This document shows, piece by piece, positions 1 to 8,981 of a stretch of 23,185 nucleotides of DNA. The DNA lies in IMG/VR virus record IMGVR_UViG_3300017989_000063, one strand, 5' to 3'. The first letter of the stretch is position 1. Every line of letters begins with the position of its first letter. The notes under the pieces were generated by a model. It saw nothing but the letters and a program-made list of their open reading frames with translations. It ran no database searches and was not told the origin of the DNA. Both the position numbers and the translations under genes were made by a program. Source of the stretch: an uncultured virus (IMG/VR IMGVR_UViG_3300017989_000063). Lineage: Duplodnaviria > Heunggongvirae > Uroviricota > Caudoviricetes.

Positions 1-2
1 CC

Positions 3-3000
3 ATCCGCGTGGTGGACGGATCCGGAGACCCCATCGACCTCGCGGGCTACATCGAGCCGGGAGATGTCGCCACCATCACCGGGCACCCCGACGATGCGCA
101 GCCGTTCAACCACAATGGCAGCTACCTCGTCGAGCGCGTGGTCAAGGACCCGCTGCTGGACGTCAGCTCAGTGGTGTTCTTGCGGCCGACAGCTCCCCCG
201 ACAGGAGATCCGGAGGAGAGCCGCGGAGTACTCAACCACCGGACGGCCGGGGGATTCGGCAACGTCTCGTTCTACGCCGGCGGACACTTCTCGGACCATG
301 TCTGGTTGATGATCGACCCGCCGATCCCTCCGTGGTACACGGACATCTACCTGCGCGTCGGTCTCCGGGGGGAGTCGTCCTACCCGAGCGAGGACAGCTA
401 TCTGACGGACGTCGAAGCCCAGGGCGCCACCGCGCTCGAGCAGCTCAACATCCTTCGGATGAAGGGCACCTGGGTGTCGACGACCCTGGACTGGCTCGCC
501 GACCCGTTCACTGTGGGCCAGCCCGACCCAGGGATGCCGCCGTTCACCTACACCCCGCCCACGGGATTCCCGGGCGACAACCAGCTCTCGATGGAGGACC
601 TCGGGTACCGAATGGACCTGCAGGGCATCTACCAGGGCATGGCCCGACAGGCCGGAGGAGGTTCCTGGGCCGGTATCGACAGCGAGCCGTTCGAGACCAT
701 GTCGATGCACGGTACCCAGCTCCCGCAGCGCAAGGACGGCGCGCTCGTCACGACCATCAACAACGTGATCGCCAGGGTGAGCTTCGCCAGGGATGGTCTC
801 TTCTTGAGCTCGCCGACCACGGACTTCCGGTTCGACCAGCTCGGCGATATGGTCAAGTTCACCTACCTGCACCCCGACCTCGGCATCAACCTGGTGGCGT
901 CCCTGCGGCTGACCAACTACGTGCTGCCGACCCAGATGTACGCCAAGCTCGACCATGTGATGGCCGAGCTCGCTCCGGGCACCCTCATCGAGGACGCTCC
1001 GGCCAGCGGGAAGGTGGACATCGAGATCCGTCAGGGAGGGAGCCACTGGAAGCGTGGGATCCTGGAGTCCAGCATCGGGCGAGGAGAGGGCACGGTCCCC
1101 AGGGCATCGACTGTCGCTACGGAGGTCTCGGCCTCGGACGCATACGAGTTCTCGCACGGGGACACCCACGACATGTTGCTGGTCGATGCCCCGATGGAGT
1201 GCGAGCTCAACACCGACGGCACCATCACGTTCGACGACGGAGGGTTCGGGTTCGGATACCAGCTCCTCGGCATCTTCCTGTGGGGAGGCGGCTACTGGGG
1301 GATGTTCCCCACTCCGATCCACCTCGAGTTCGTGCCAAATGCGGGAGGAGATGGCGGCGGCCGCTACGCCGTAGAGAAGATCCTCACACGGAGCGACATC
1401 ACCGGAGTCGTGACTGCGCAGCTGTGCGAGGTGGGGGTTCCGGGATCGTTCTCAGGTCCGACCAACAACGGAACGACCGGGTACTGCTTCCTGTTGTCTG
1501 GGCAGGGGTACTACAACACGATCCCCTACCACGATGTCGATGAGGACGATGAGGTCAACTCCAGCTTCTTCGCCCGGGCCTCGTTCAGCGGTCCCGGAAT
1601 CACCGGAGACGCCACGTTCGACCAACCTGCGTTCTGGGGCCGCGCCTGCGTCCCAGCTGGGAGGGGCTTCGGGGCTGCCTGGCAGCCGACGGACTCGTTC
1701 CCCATCTTCGTTGGGCAGGTGCACCAGCCATACTGGGGCGACTCGTGGTGGCCTGCGCTGGGATCTGCGCTCTTCGAGCACCATGGCGAGATCTGGGAGT
1801 CCTCCACTCGCGTGAAGGCCAACCAGAACGTGCTGGGTGAGACCGTCGTCGGTAGGTTCTATGGGCAAGGGGCTGATGGTTCCGGGGCCGGTGGCTTCTT
1901 CCAGAGCATCCCCTACGAGGCCGGTCCTCCGGTGGGCAACCCCGGCAGTCCAGCTCTTGGGGCGTGGGGCGAGGACGTCGTCCGGACGACGGACATGCTG
2001 GACAAGTCGTTCGGCAACTCCCTGGCGTTCTTCGGCATCGCCAAGGGCCACAACGACTGGTGGCAGAGGGCCGTCCACGTCTGGAACGGCATGACGATGC
2101 TGGAGGACTCGGACCTCTGGGTCGTTACCAGCGCGGTTCCTCCGGAGATCTTCTACGATCCTGAGAACCCACTCATCGGGGACTGCGGATTCATCTCCAT
2201 GGGAGGCCTCAAGCTGCCGATCCTCCGTCAGCTGCAGCCGACCTACATCGACACGCTCGTACCTGTCGGAAGCCGTCAGTGGGGCATGATCGACGGTGCC
2301 AACAACTGGTACAACCTCTTCGGAATCGGACGCGACTCGTTCGAGTATCCGTGTGGGGGAGTCTCCAACGTCAACGTCCTCTGGGATGTGAGTCTGGCCG
2401 GCGGTGTCGCCACCATCATCGCAGGCAACCCGTTCACGGCCGACATGCTCGGCGGCTACGTCGTGCTCGTGAACCAGGTGGCGGGATCGGGACTCGACCT
2501 ATGGCGACACATCCCCGTCCAGAACGGCGTCGACAACGCCGACATGGCGAAGATCGTCGCCTACGATCCGATCGGAGGCACCGTCACGGTGAGTCCGGAC
2601 CCGGGCAACGCCAACTACCACATGCGCTACATCGGCCAGCTCTGGGACGACGCATTCATCCGCCGGGGACACTTCGAGCAGGGTATCTGGGCCCACGGCA
2701 ACGTACATCCGTTCGAGACGTTCGCCAGTTTCGTCAGCAGCGCCGGCGGCGGCTCGACCAGGTCTGGCGTCTACGGGCACTACCTCTTCGTGACCGACGA
2801 CTCGGAGGACAACCTCGGGCAGACGGCGCATCTGCTGTACCCGCCGTTCGCCAAGATCAAGAACTTCATGTACGCGGCCCCCTACTTCCATGCCCAGGGC
2901 GAGAGGACCGCGACGCAAGGAGGTCTCCCCGGTCCGGTTCCCTACGCGGCCTGGAGATGGGGAGACGTCGAGTTCTACGGGCAGGACGTGTGGGACTGGG

Positions 3001-4646
3001 AGTTCCCGAACGGTGCAATCGGGGAGTCGTTCAACCGGACCGTGGCCAACGGCTACCAGCTGCTCAACCCCATCGGCATCAATGGGCCGGTGCGCATCAC
3101 CGACGAGAAGTACTACGATACCAGTGAGGAGGACGACTACAACCCATTCACCTTCGCCCCTCCGAGGACGCGGAGGTCGATCCCGGACACGGACGGCCAG
3201 GAGTTCGATGTCTACCCGTTCGAGCTGGCCGAGCCCGACATGGGCTACTACAGCCGGGCTGCCGGTATCGGAGAGAATGCCTGGTTCATGAAGGATGGCC
3301 AGCAGGTCATCCAGTCGTACATCGACGATGGGACTGGAGGAAACCGCGCCGAGATGATCCTCTACTGGACCGGCGCCCCGGGAGCAGGTGTGCAACTCAC
3401 TCCCGCTGACCTCGGTCGGGAGATCGAGCTCTGGGACACCGGAACCGGCGTCGAGTACAACCTGCTGTGCACCGGATGGATCGAGGACTTCGACACCGAC
3501 GGCGCCTACGTAGGCGTCACGATGCCTCCCTACACTCGGGTCAAGGTCATCAGCCACAACCCGGACCCGTTCAGCGGCGCTGCGCCGGCTACACCGCAAG
3601 GTGTCTGGGTGCGCGTGAGAGGCACCCGCTGGCAGAGAGTGGCCGCCGAGTTCGTGCACGGTATCCGCTACATGCACAGCGGTGTGCCGTACAGCGAGCC
3701 TGGGTGGATCCAGCTCGGTCAGGTCGCGTCGTCCGCGGAGATCGAGGCTCACTCGGCCTACGCCCTGACTCACTCGCAAGGCCTGTGGAAGAGGTGGGTG
3801 CATCGGTGGGCAGGGCACGACTTCCAGTGGGTGAGTGGCAACTACGACACTGTGATTGGGCAAGAGGGGGACTATCTCTTCACCGACCAGGTCGGATACT
3901 TCACAGGATCTGCCAACAACAGTCCGTTCAGGGCACGCGGCTGCTTCGATGGCCTCGTCGTCGCCGAAGGCACCAGAATGCTCCAGTACCAAACTGTCGG
4001 CGGCGGATGGAATGGCATCAACACGGTGCAGGAACTCGTGTACGCACTGACCGACGCCATCCTCTGGGACGGTGTGTCTCCCGGGGCGGACTACGGACCT
4101 GTCGGAGGGTTTGCAGTGCACACCCTGGCCATCCCCCATGAGTGGAAGGCCAACGGGTCAAATCAGGATCTCGCCCCGATCATTAAGAGGGTGGGCTGTA
4201 CCATCAACGTCCCAGATGGAACTTACAGCGACCGCCCGTGGATCGCCATCGTGCGTCTGGATCTCACCGACGACTGGGATGGGACCAATCCTCCTCCGGT
4301 TCCTAACCAGGCGTGGGAGGTTGTGGCCGCTACTATCTTCGATCCCATCGGGAACGTGGGCGGCTACACGGCATTCATGAGACTGGACAGCATCGGGTTG
4401 AATTCCAATGCACATGGCATCACTGAGATGTCTGGTTTCCCTTGCGAGTGTCCGGTACAGAGGAGCGATCCCGACTTCGGAGCTCCTCCCTGGACCAACC
4501 CTCGTGCTGACACAGACCGCACGTTCGTCTACCTGATGTGCGTAGGTCTAGCTACCCAGACACTCCCGTCCGAGCTTTCCATGGATGTATCGTTCCACAG
4601 TGGGTGGTGTGAGTACTATCTGCCCGAGGTGCTCTCGGGCTTCTAG
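3..4646 (+). CDS. Very large virion structural protein (tail/baseplate-associated), 5'-truncated, >1545 aa
   Basis: Frame is open to the window edge. Gly/aromatic-rich, beta-type composition. Motif PGDVATITG...NGSYLVERV resembles SAGDFVQISG...NGLFEVAS in the 7071-8924 protein. Lies upstream of holin-like and fibre genes. Exact function not recognised. Confidence 0.6.
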   Translation: MRVVDGSGDPIDLAGYIEPGDVATITGHPDDAQPFNHNGSYLVERVVKDPLLDVSSVVFLRPTAPPTGDPEESRGVLNHRTAGGFGNVSFYAGGHFSDHVWLMIDPPIPPWYTDIYLRVGLRGESSYPSEDSYLTDVEAQGATALEQLNILRMKGTWVSTTLDWLADPFTVGQPDPGMPPFTYTPPTGFPGDNQLSMEDLGYRMDLQGIYQGMARQAGGGSWAGIDSEPFETMSMHGTQLPQRKDGALVTTINNVIARVSFARDGLFLSSPTTDFRFDQLGDMVKFTYLHPDLGINLVASLRLTNYVLPTQMYAKLDHVMAELAPGTLIEDAPASGKVDIEIRQGGSHWKRGILESSIGRGEGTVPRASTVATEVSASDAYEFSHGDTHDMLLVDAPMECELNTDGTITFDDGGFGFGYQLLGIFLWGGGYWGMFPTPIHLEFVPNAGGDGGGRYAVEKILTRSDITGVVTAQLCEVGVPGSFSGPTNNGTTGYCFLLSGQGYYNTIPYHDVDEDDEVNSSFFARASFSGPGITGDATFDQPAFWGRACVPAGRGFGAAWQPTDSFPIFVGQVHQPYWGDSWWPALGSALFEHHGEIWESSTRVKANQNVLGETVVGRFYGQGADGSGAGGFFQSIPYEAGPPVGNPGSPALGAWGEDVVRTTDMLDKSFGNSLAFFGIAKGHNDWWQRAVHVWNGMTMLEDSDLWVVTSAVPPEIFYDPENPLIGDCGFISMGGLKLPILRQLQPTYIDTLVPVGSRQWGMIDGANNWYNLFGIGRDSFEYPCGGVSNVNVLWDVSLAGGVATIIAGNPFTADMLGGYVVLVNQVAGSGLDLWRHIPVQNGVDNADMAKIVAYDPIGGTVTVSPDPGNANYHMRYIGQLWDDAFIRRGHFEQGIWAHGNVHPFETFASFVSSAGGGSTRSGVYGHYLFVTDDSEDNLGQTAHLLYPPFAKIKNFMYAAPYFHAQGERTATQGGLPGPVPYAAWRWGDVEFYGQDVWDWEFPNGAIGESFNRTVANGYQLLNPIGINGPVRITDEKYYDTSEEDDYNPFTFAPPRTRRSIPDTDGQEFDVYPFELAEPDMGYYSRAAGIGENAWFMKDGQQVIQSYIDDGTGGNRAEMILYWTGAPGAGVQLTPADLGREIELWDTGTGVEYNLLCTGWIEDFDTDGAYVGVTMPPYTRVKVISHNPDPFSGAAPATPQGVWVRVRGTRWQRVAAEFVHGIRYMHSGVPYSEPGWIQLGQVASSAEIEAHSAYALTHSQGLWKRWVHRWAGHDFQWVSGNYDTVIGQEGDYLFTDQVGYFTGSANNSPFRARGCFDGLVVAEGTRMLQYQTVGGGWNGINTVQELVYALTDAILWDGVSPGADYGPVGGFAVHTLAIPHEWKANGSNQDLAPIIKRVGCTINVPDGTYSDRPWIAIVRLDLTDDWDGTNPPPVPNQAWEVVAATIFDPIGNVGGYTAFMRLDSIGLNSNAHGITEMSGFPCECPVQRSDPDFGAPPWTNPRADTDRTFVYLMCVGLATQTLPSELSMDVSFHSGWCEYYLPEVLSGF

Positions 4647-4655
4647 GAGGTCGCC

Positions 4656-4994
4656 ATGCTTCAGGACGCACTCGACTTCATCTTGGCCTACCAGTACTTC
4701 CTCATCGCCACCGGTTCGCTGATGGCCGTCATCGAGACGGCGAAGCGGATGCCGGCGGTCAAGGAGTGGTTCAAGGAGGAGGCCTGGTTCCGGGAGTACG
4801 TGATGCCCTGGGTCCCGATGCTCGTCATCGGCATCCTGGGCGCCGTCGTGCCCGGGCTTCGCCCGGAGGGGATGTCCGTTGGGGTGGGTGCCATCACCGG
4901 CGTGCTCTTCGGGGCATTCGCCAGCGCCATCTTCAAGGGCTTCAAGTCGCTGTTCAGGGGGGTCGCCAAGGCCATCAAGAAGAAGACGGAGTGA
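4656..4994 (+). CDS. Putative holin (about 3 hydrophobic segments, basic C-terminus), 112 aa
   Basis: SD AGGAGG at 4645-4650. Hydrophobic stretches FILAYQYFLIATGSLMAVI, VMPWVPMLVIGILGAVV and VGVGAITGVLFGAFASAIF. Lys-rich tail KAIKKKTE. Confidence 0.65.
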   Translation: MLQDALDFILAYQYFLIATGSLMAVIETAKRMPAVKEWFKEEAWFREYVMPWVPMLVIGILGAVVPGLRPEGMSVGVGAITGVLFGAFASAIFKGFKSLFRGVAKAIKKKTE

Positions 4995-4997
4995 GCC

Positions 4998-5231
4998 GTG
5001 GCAGCGCCGAAGAGAATCGTCCAGGTCCGCGCTGACGGGAAGAAGATCCTCTGCATCAGGGAGGGGAGCAAGAAGGAGGTCTCCTTGGGGACCGCCGACA
5101 GCGTGGCGAAGGCCGCCGAGATGGAGCAGCTGCTGAGCATGGGCATCAAGCGGCGTGGGATCAAGGAGGCCGTGGAGGAGCTCCGGCGGAAGCGCAGGGA
5201 GCTCCGGAGTAAGAGACGGCCCGATGTCTGA
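4998..5231 (+). CDS. Small basic hypothetical protein, 77 aa
   Basis: GTG start 3 nt after the holin stop. Fills the gap in the operon, overlaps the next start, and has phage-like codon usage. Confidence 0.7.
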   Translation: MAAPKRIVQVRADGKKILCIREGSKKEVSLGTADSVAKAAEMEQLLSMGIKRRGIKEAVEELRRKRRELRSKRRPDV

Positions 5232-5778
5232 CGAGCAGAAGACCTGGCTGCAGCGCTGGGGCCCGCACCTGATGGGCCTGGCCGCCGTTCTGACGGCCGG
5301 AGCGACCTGGGCCGGGTCCTGCCAGTGGCTCCAGCCGGACAAGGTCGCAGTCCTCTTCGGGGCCGTGAAGGAGGCCGAGGAGGCCAAGACGGCCGAGGCC
5401 AACGCCATTCTCCAGGACATCCAGCTGTCCCTGGCCAAGCTCGAGGGGCGCGTCGAGAGCCTGGAGAAGCGCCTGGCCGCCGGCGAGGACCGGCTCGTGA
5501 GGGTCGCTGCCCGCTCAGCTCGCCCCAGACGGCCGATCTCGGCTTCCGGGGGAGCAGCGGCCGCGTCAGCCCCCTCTCGGCCCCCCACGGCCGCATCTGG
5601 GAGCCCTGGACCCCGAATTGAGGCCTCCGATGCCTCTCCGGCGCCCCCACCGGGCTGTGAGTCCAACCAGGACTGTTCCGAGGGGCAGGTGTGTATCGAC
5701 GGCCGCTGTATCAAGGTCAAGACCATCCAGTCCAAGCTGCCCGAGACCCTCGAGCAGGTGGTGAGGGAGGCGAAGTGA
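5224..5778 (+). CDS. Membrane-anchored or lipoprotein-like protein (hydrophobic N-terminus, coiled coil, Pro/Ala linker, Cys-rich module), 184 aa
   Basis: ATG at 5224 inside track ORF 5155-5778. Hydrophobic LMGLAAVLTAGATWAGS followed by Cys33. Heptad region ILQDIQLSLAKLEGRVESLEKRL. Motif CESNQDCSEGQVCIDGRC. Confidence 0.75.
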   Translation: MSDEQKTWLQRWGPHLMGLAAVLTAGATWAGSCQWLQPDKVAVLFGAVKEAEEAKTAEANAILQDIQLSLAKLEGRVESLEKRLAAGEDRLVRVAARSARPRRPISASGGAAAASAPSRPPTAASGSPGPRIEASDASPAPPPGCESNQDCSEGQVCIDGRCIKVKTIQSKLPETLEQVVREAK

Positions 5779-6149
5779 AAGCCCTACTCAACTGGTCGGT
5801 CAAGAAGGCGTGCCAGGCGGATACGAAGACTTGGGTCGTTATCGCCCTGGTCATCCTCCTGTTCCTGGGAGGAGGCATCGCCGGTACCATGCTGGTGCTC
5901 CGCAAGAGGAAGTATGGTAGGCTCGTCCACGAGCGGAACCAGCTCCTCGAGGAGAAAGAGGCGGCCAAGGCCCAGGCTGACGTGGCGTTCAACGAGAAGA
6001 GGCGGGCCGAGCTGGAGAAGAAGAGGGCGGCTCTGGAGAAGAAGGCGGATGCCATCGACGACAAGATCATCGGGCTCGAGCGGAAACACGACCAGGTAAA
6101 GCTCGGGTTGGAGGACGTCTCGTCGTGGGACGACTTGAGGATCAACTGA
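5775..6149 (+). CDS. Single-TM coiled-coil protein, possibly inner-membrane spanin-like, 124 aa
   Basis: GTGA overlap with the upstream stop, preceded by GGAGG. TM WVVIALVILLFLGGGIAGTMLVL, then a long charged heptad region. Confidence 0.7.
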   Translation: MKALLNWSVKKACQADTKTWVVIALVILLFLGGGIAGTMLVLRKRKYGRLVHERNQLLEEKEAAKAQADVAFNEKRRAELEKKRAALEKKADAIDDKIIGLERKHDQVKLGLEDVSSWDDLRIN

Positions 6150-6659
6150 GTGTCGCGCTACTTCCGGAAGCAAGATCTGGAGGAGCTCGCTCCCCTGTTC
6201 CGGCACCGGAAGCACCGGGTGTGGGACCACATCTTCAACACCCTGGTCGACCTGCTCGACCTGGGGTTCGAGGGTGTGGAGTTCGACATCGACGCTCTGC
6301 AGAATGCCAAGGTCTACGACTGCGACGCCTCAGTGCAGGTGGCGCAGGCCGTCTACATCGACTCGGAGGATCATGTCGCGCCGGCCGTTGCTGGGGCCGG
6401 GGGGAAGCCGGCGAAGGGCGTCGTCCTCTACAAGCCTTCGACCACGCAGGCCGTCATCATGTCGGACGGCCCGGTCGACGGATTCACCGGGCTCGTTCCG
6501 GAAGAGGAGTACTTCCTCTCGATGGTCACGCCAGGGGCGGTTGTGACACCAGCACAGCCGGCGGGACCACCGGGTTCGTTCGTTCAGTACATCGGCACGG
6601 CGGCGACGGAGACCGTCATGCAGGTAGACCCAGAGGATTCTCCGATTTACTTCGACTAG
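6150..6659 (+). CDS. Head/capsid fibre-like (DUF2190-like) domain protein, 169 aa
   Basis: GTG directly after the upstream stop. Pattern AVYID...AKGVV...GPVDGFTGLVP...YFLS..TPG...VQYIGTA resembles phage capsid-fibre/decoration domains (recognised by eye). Confidence 0.6.
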   Translation: MSRYFRKQDLEELAPLFRHRKHRVWDHIFNTLVDLLDLGFEGVEFDIDALQNAKVYDCDASVQVAQAVYIDSEDHVAPAVAGAGGKPAKGVVLYKPSTTQAVIMSDGPVDGFTGLVPEEEYFLSMVTPGAVVTPAQPAGPPGSFVQYIGTAATETVMQVDPEDSPIYFD

Positions 6660-6668
6660 GAGGTCGGC

Positions 6669-7043
6669 ATGGCTAAGGGGAAGCGGTCCGAGAGGGGGCC
6701 CAGGACGAAGAACAAGCCCAAAGGCGGGGAGAAGAAGCCGAAGGCGGCTCCCGAGCTGAAGCTCACGGAGCTCGAGCTGGAGAGGGTGCACCGCTACAAC
6801 TCGGACATCGCCCGCTGGGAGTCCGAGCGCAGGAATCTGCAGACCCAGCTCTCGGCGGTGGTCCGCAACGGGCAGGACGCCTCGAAGCGGCAGCAGGATC
6901 ACATCAACGGGATCAACAAGCGCCTCGGGGTGGACATCCGGAACTACGAGATCCAGGACGACGGTCGGCTGGCGCCGAAGAAGGCTCCCCAGCCGGCTCC
7001 TCAGAACACCGATCCTCCCAAGAAGGAGGAGGACAAGAAGTAG
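6669..7043 (+). CDS. Hypothetical protein with basic termini and central coiled coil, 124 aa
   Basis: SD AGGAGG overlaps the upstream stop. Strong GC3 bias. Confidence 0.8.
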   Translation: MAKGKRSERGPRTKNKPKGGEKKPKAAPELKLTELELERVHRYNSDIARWESERRNLQTQLSAVVRNGQDASKRQQDHINGINKRLGVDIRNYEIQDDGRLAPKKAPQPAPQNTDPPKKEEDKK

Positions 7044-7058
7044 GGCGCTTTGGTGCCC
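7043..7058 (+). promoter_or_regulatory. Short hairpin immediately 5' of the SD of the next gene
   Basis: GGGCGC-TTTG-GTGCCC (6-bp stem, one G.U), followed by GGGAGG and ATG 7071. Confidence 0.4.
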
Positions 7059-7070
7059 GGGAGGTAGTTG

Positions 7071-8924
7071 ATGGCTGTGACGCTTTTGAAGTTTGCCGCG
7101 GGTGCCAAGCGCACAGCGGTCAACCCGGCCACGGACGACATCGCCGTCCGTGGTGTCGAGGTCGCGGACGGGTACGGCCTGTCCTCGCAATCGGCCAACG
7201 GGACGATCGACATCGGCACCGACGCCAACACGGATGCCGTCGACATCGGCCGAACAGGCCAAACCACTACGGTCAAGGGCGACCTGGTGGTCGAGGGCAC
7301 GACGTTCACCGTCGAGGCGGAGACGGTCCGCTTCGAGGACAACTACCTCTACATCAACGACGGGTACACGGCCGACGCCGCCCACCCCGGCGGCATGGTC
7401 GTCAACTACGACCCGGATCCGGGCACGTACTCGGACACCGTCACGACCGGAGGCTTCACCGGGGCCCAGACCGTGGCCACGACCCTGGCCAGCGGCCTGT
7501 CGGCCGGTGACTTCGTCCAGATCAGCGGCGCGGCCAACACGAACAACAACGGCCTGTTCGAGGTGGCGAGCCACTCCGGCAACGTGCTGACCGTCAAGGC
7601 CGCCGGCGTCGCCGCCGAGTACTGCCAGGACACGTTCACGCCCGACTCCACGGCCCAGGGCACCCTGACCAAGGTGTCCGTGTCGGTCATCCGTGCCGGC
7701 ACCGACGGTGTGTGGGAGGTCGGTCAGGGCGCCACGAGCGCGGCCGTGTCCTTCCAGGACCTCGGCATCGGCACCCCGACGCTGGATGACGCCTACAACG
7801 CCTCGGGCGGCGCCTCCACAGTGGCGGTGGACGCCGGCAGCGTGACCTGGTCGCTGACCAACAACCACGACTTCGTGATCGACGATGGCTCGGGCAACGA
7901 CCTGTTCCGCGCCGACAGCAGCGCGCCGGCCGTCCTGCTGGGCAACGCGACGACCAACCCGGCCGTCACCCAGTCGGGCTCGGGCCAGGTCACGTTCTCG
8001 GGCAACGTGGACGCGACCAACGGCCTCGACGTCACCACCGCGGCCCTGACCGCGGCGGCCGGGTTCACGGTGAGTGGTGGCGCGGTCGACATCGACTGCA
8101 GCACATTCGCGCTGGACCCGACCGACAACGTCACCGTGTCGATGGACGCCACCAAGACGATCGCCATCACGCTGGCCGACGACCTCGACGCCGCGTTCAC
8201 CATCGGAGATGGCACCAACACCATCTTCGAGATCGAGACGGACGCGGGGACCCCGGCCAACGCCAAGGTGAAGTTCGGGTACGACGTCGAGCTCACCGGA
8301 GCCGGCCTCGACTACCACTGCTACGACGTGTCGAACACCAACCTGGTGGGCCTCTCGGACGCCGGCTCGAGCAGCATCACCTCCGGCGCGTCCGCCATCG
8401 GCGTCTACGCCGCCGGCTGGACGAACATCAGCCCGGCCGCCAACAACTCGGTGCAGGAGGCCCTCGACTCGGTCGACAGCCTGCTGACCACCGCCCTGGG
8501 CGATGCCTCCAAGGGCATCTACCAGATTGGCGGAACGACCATCACGACGACAGCCACCCAGGTCTATGCTGGGCAGGTGGTCAAGTACACCTACGACACG
8601 GACCATGTCGAGGTGTCCGGGGCCACCACCTCGGCCGATGACATGATCATCGGGTTGATGGAGGCCGCGGTCGCCGGCGACACCTCGCTGGACGCGACGC
8701 ACCGCGTGCTCAACATCCACGGCCAGGTCGTCACCATCGACACCACCAACGTGCGCAACGAGGCCTGGGTGACCGGCGACATCGGCTACCCGTGCTACCT
8801 GACGGGCACCGGCAAGATCACCAAGACGGCTCCCTCCACCGGCGACATCTGGCAGGTGGGCGTCATCGCGGGAACGGACAAGGTCCAGTTCCAGCCGCAG
8901 CGGCTGGCCGAGGACATCTCCTAG
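7071..8924 (+). CDS. Virion fibre protein with C-terminal capsid-fibre-like domain, 617 aa
   Basis: SD GGAGG then ATG 7071. Thr/Gly/Ala/Asp-rich beta composition; fibre-type segment TTVKGDLVVEGTTFTVEAETVRFEDNYLYINDG. C-terminus IIGLM...GQVV...GYPCYLTGTGKITKTAPSTG..WQVGV parallels the 6150-6659 protein. Confidence 0.7.
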   Translation: MAVTLLKFAAGAKRTAVNPATDDIAVRGVEVADGYGLSSQSANGTIDIGTDANTDAVDIGRTGQTTTVKGDLVVEGTTFTVEAETVRFEDNYLYINDGYTADAAHPGGMVVNYDPDPGTYSDTVTTGGFTGAQTVATTLASGLSAGDFVQISGAANTNNNGLFEVASHSGNVLTVKAAGVAAEYCQDTFTPDSTAQGTLTKVSVSVIRAGTDGVWEVGQGATSAAVSFQDLGIGTPTLDDAYNASGGASTVAVDAGSVTWSLTNNHDFVIDDGSGNDLFRADSSAPAVLLGNATTNPAVTQSGSGQVTFSGNVDATNGLDVTTAALTAAAGFTVSGGAVDIDCSTFALDPTDNVTVSMDATKTIAITLADDLDAAFTIGDGTNTIFEIETDAGTPANAKVKFGYDVELTGAGLDYHCYDVSNTNLVGLSDAGSSSITSGASAIGVYAAGWTNISPAANNSVQEALDSVDSLLTTALGDASKGIYQIGGTTITTTATQVYAGQVVKYTYDTDHVEVSGATTSADDMIIGLMEAAVAGDTSLDATHRVLNIHGQVVTIDTTNVRNEAWVTGDIGYPCYLTGTGKITKTAPSTGDIWQVGVIAGTDKVQFQPQRLAEDIS

Positions 8925-8938
8925 TTCGGTAACCTGAC

Positions 8939-8969
8939 GGGGCCCCGGGGGAGACCTCGGGGCCCCTTT
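8939..8969 (+). terminator. 12-bp GC hairpin with GAGA tetraloop and short U tail (weak terminator or mRNA stabiliser)
   Basis: GGGGCCCCGGGG-GAGA-CCTCGGGGCCCC-TTT, 14 nt after the stop at 8924 and directly before SD GAGGAG. Confidence 0.65.
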
Positions 8970-8981
8970 GAGGAGAACGGT

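Noticed and set aside
6330..8720. 796-aa - strand ORF (also 168-1322, 2499-4139 and 4548-5735)
   Set aside because: Antisense shadows of high-GC3 + strand genes; Arg/Gly/Val-rich with no recognisable motifs.
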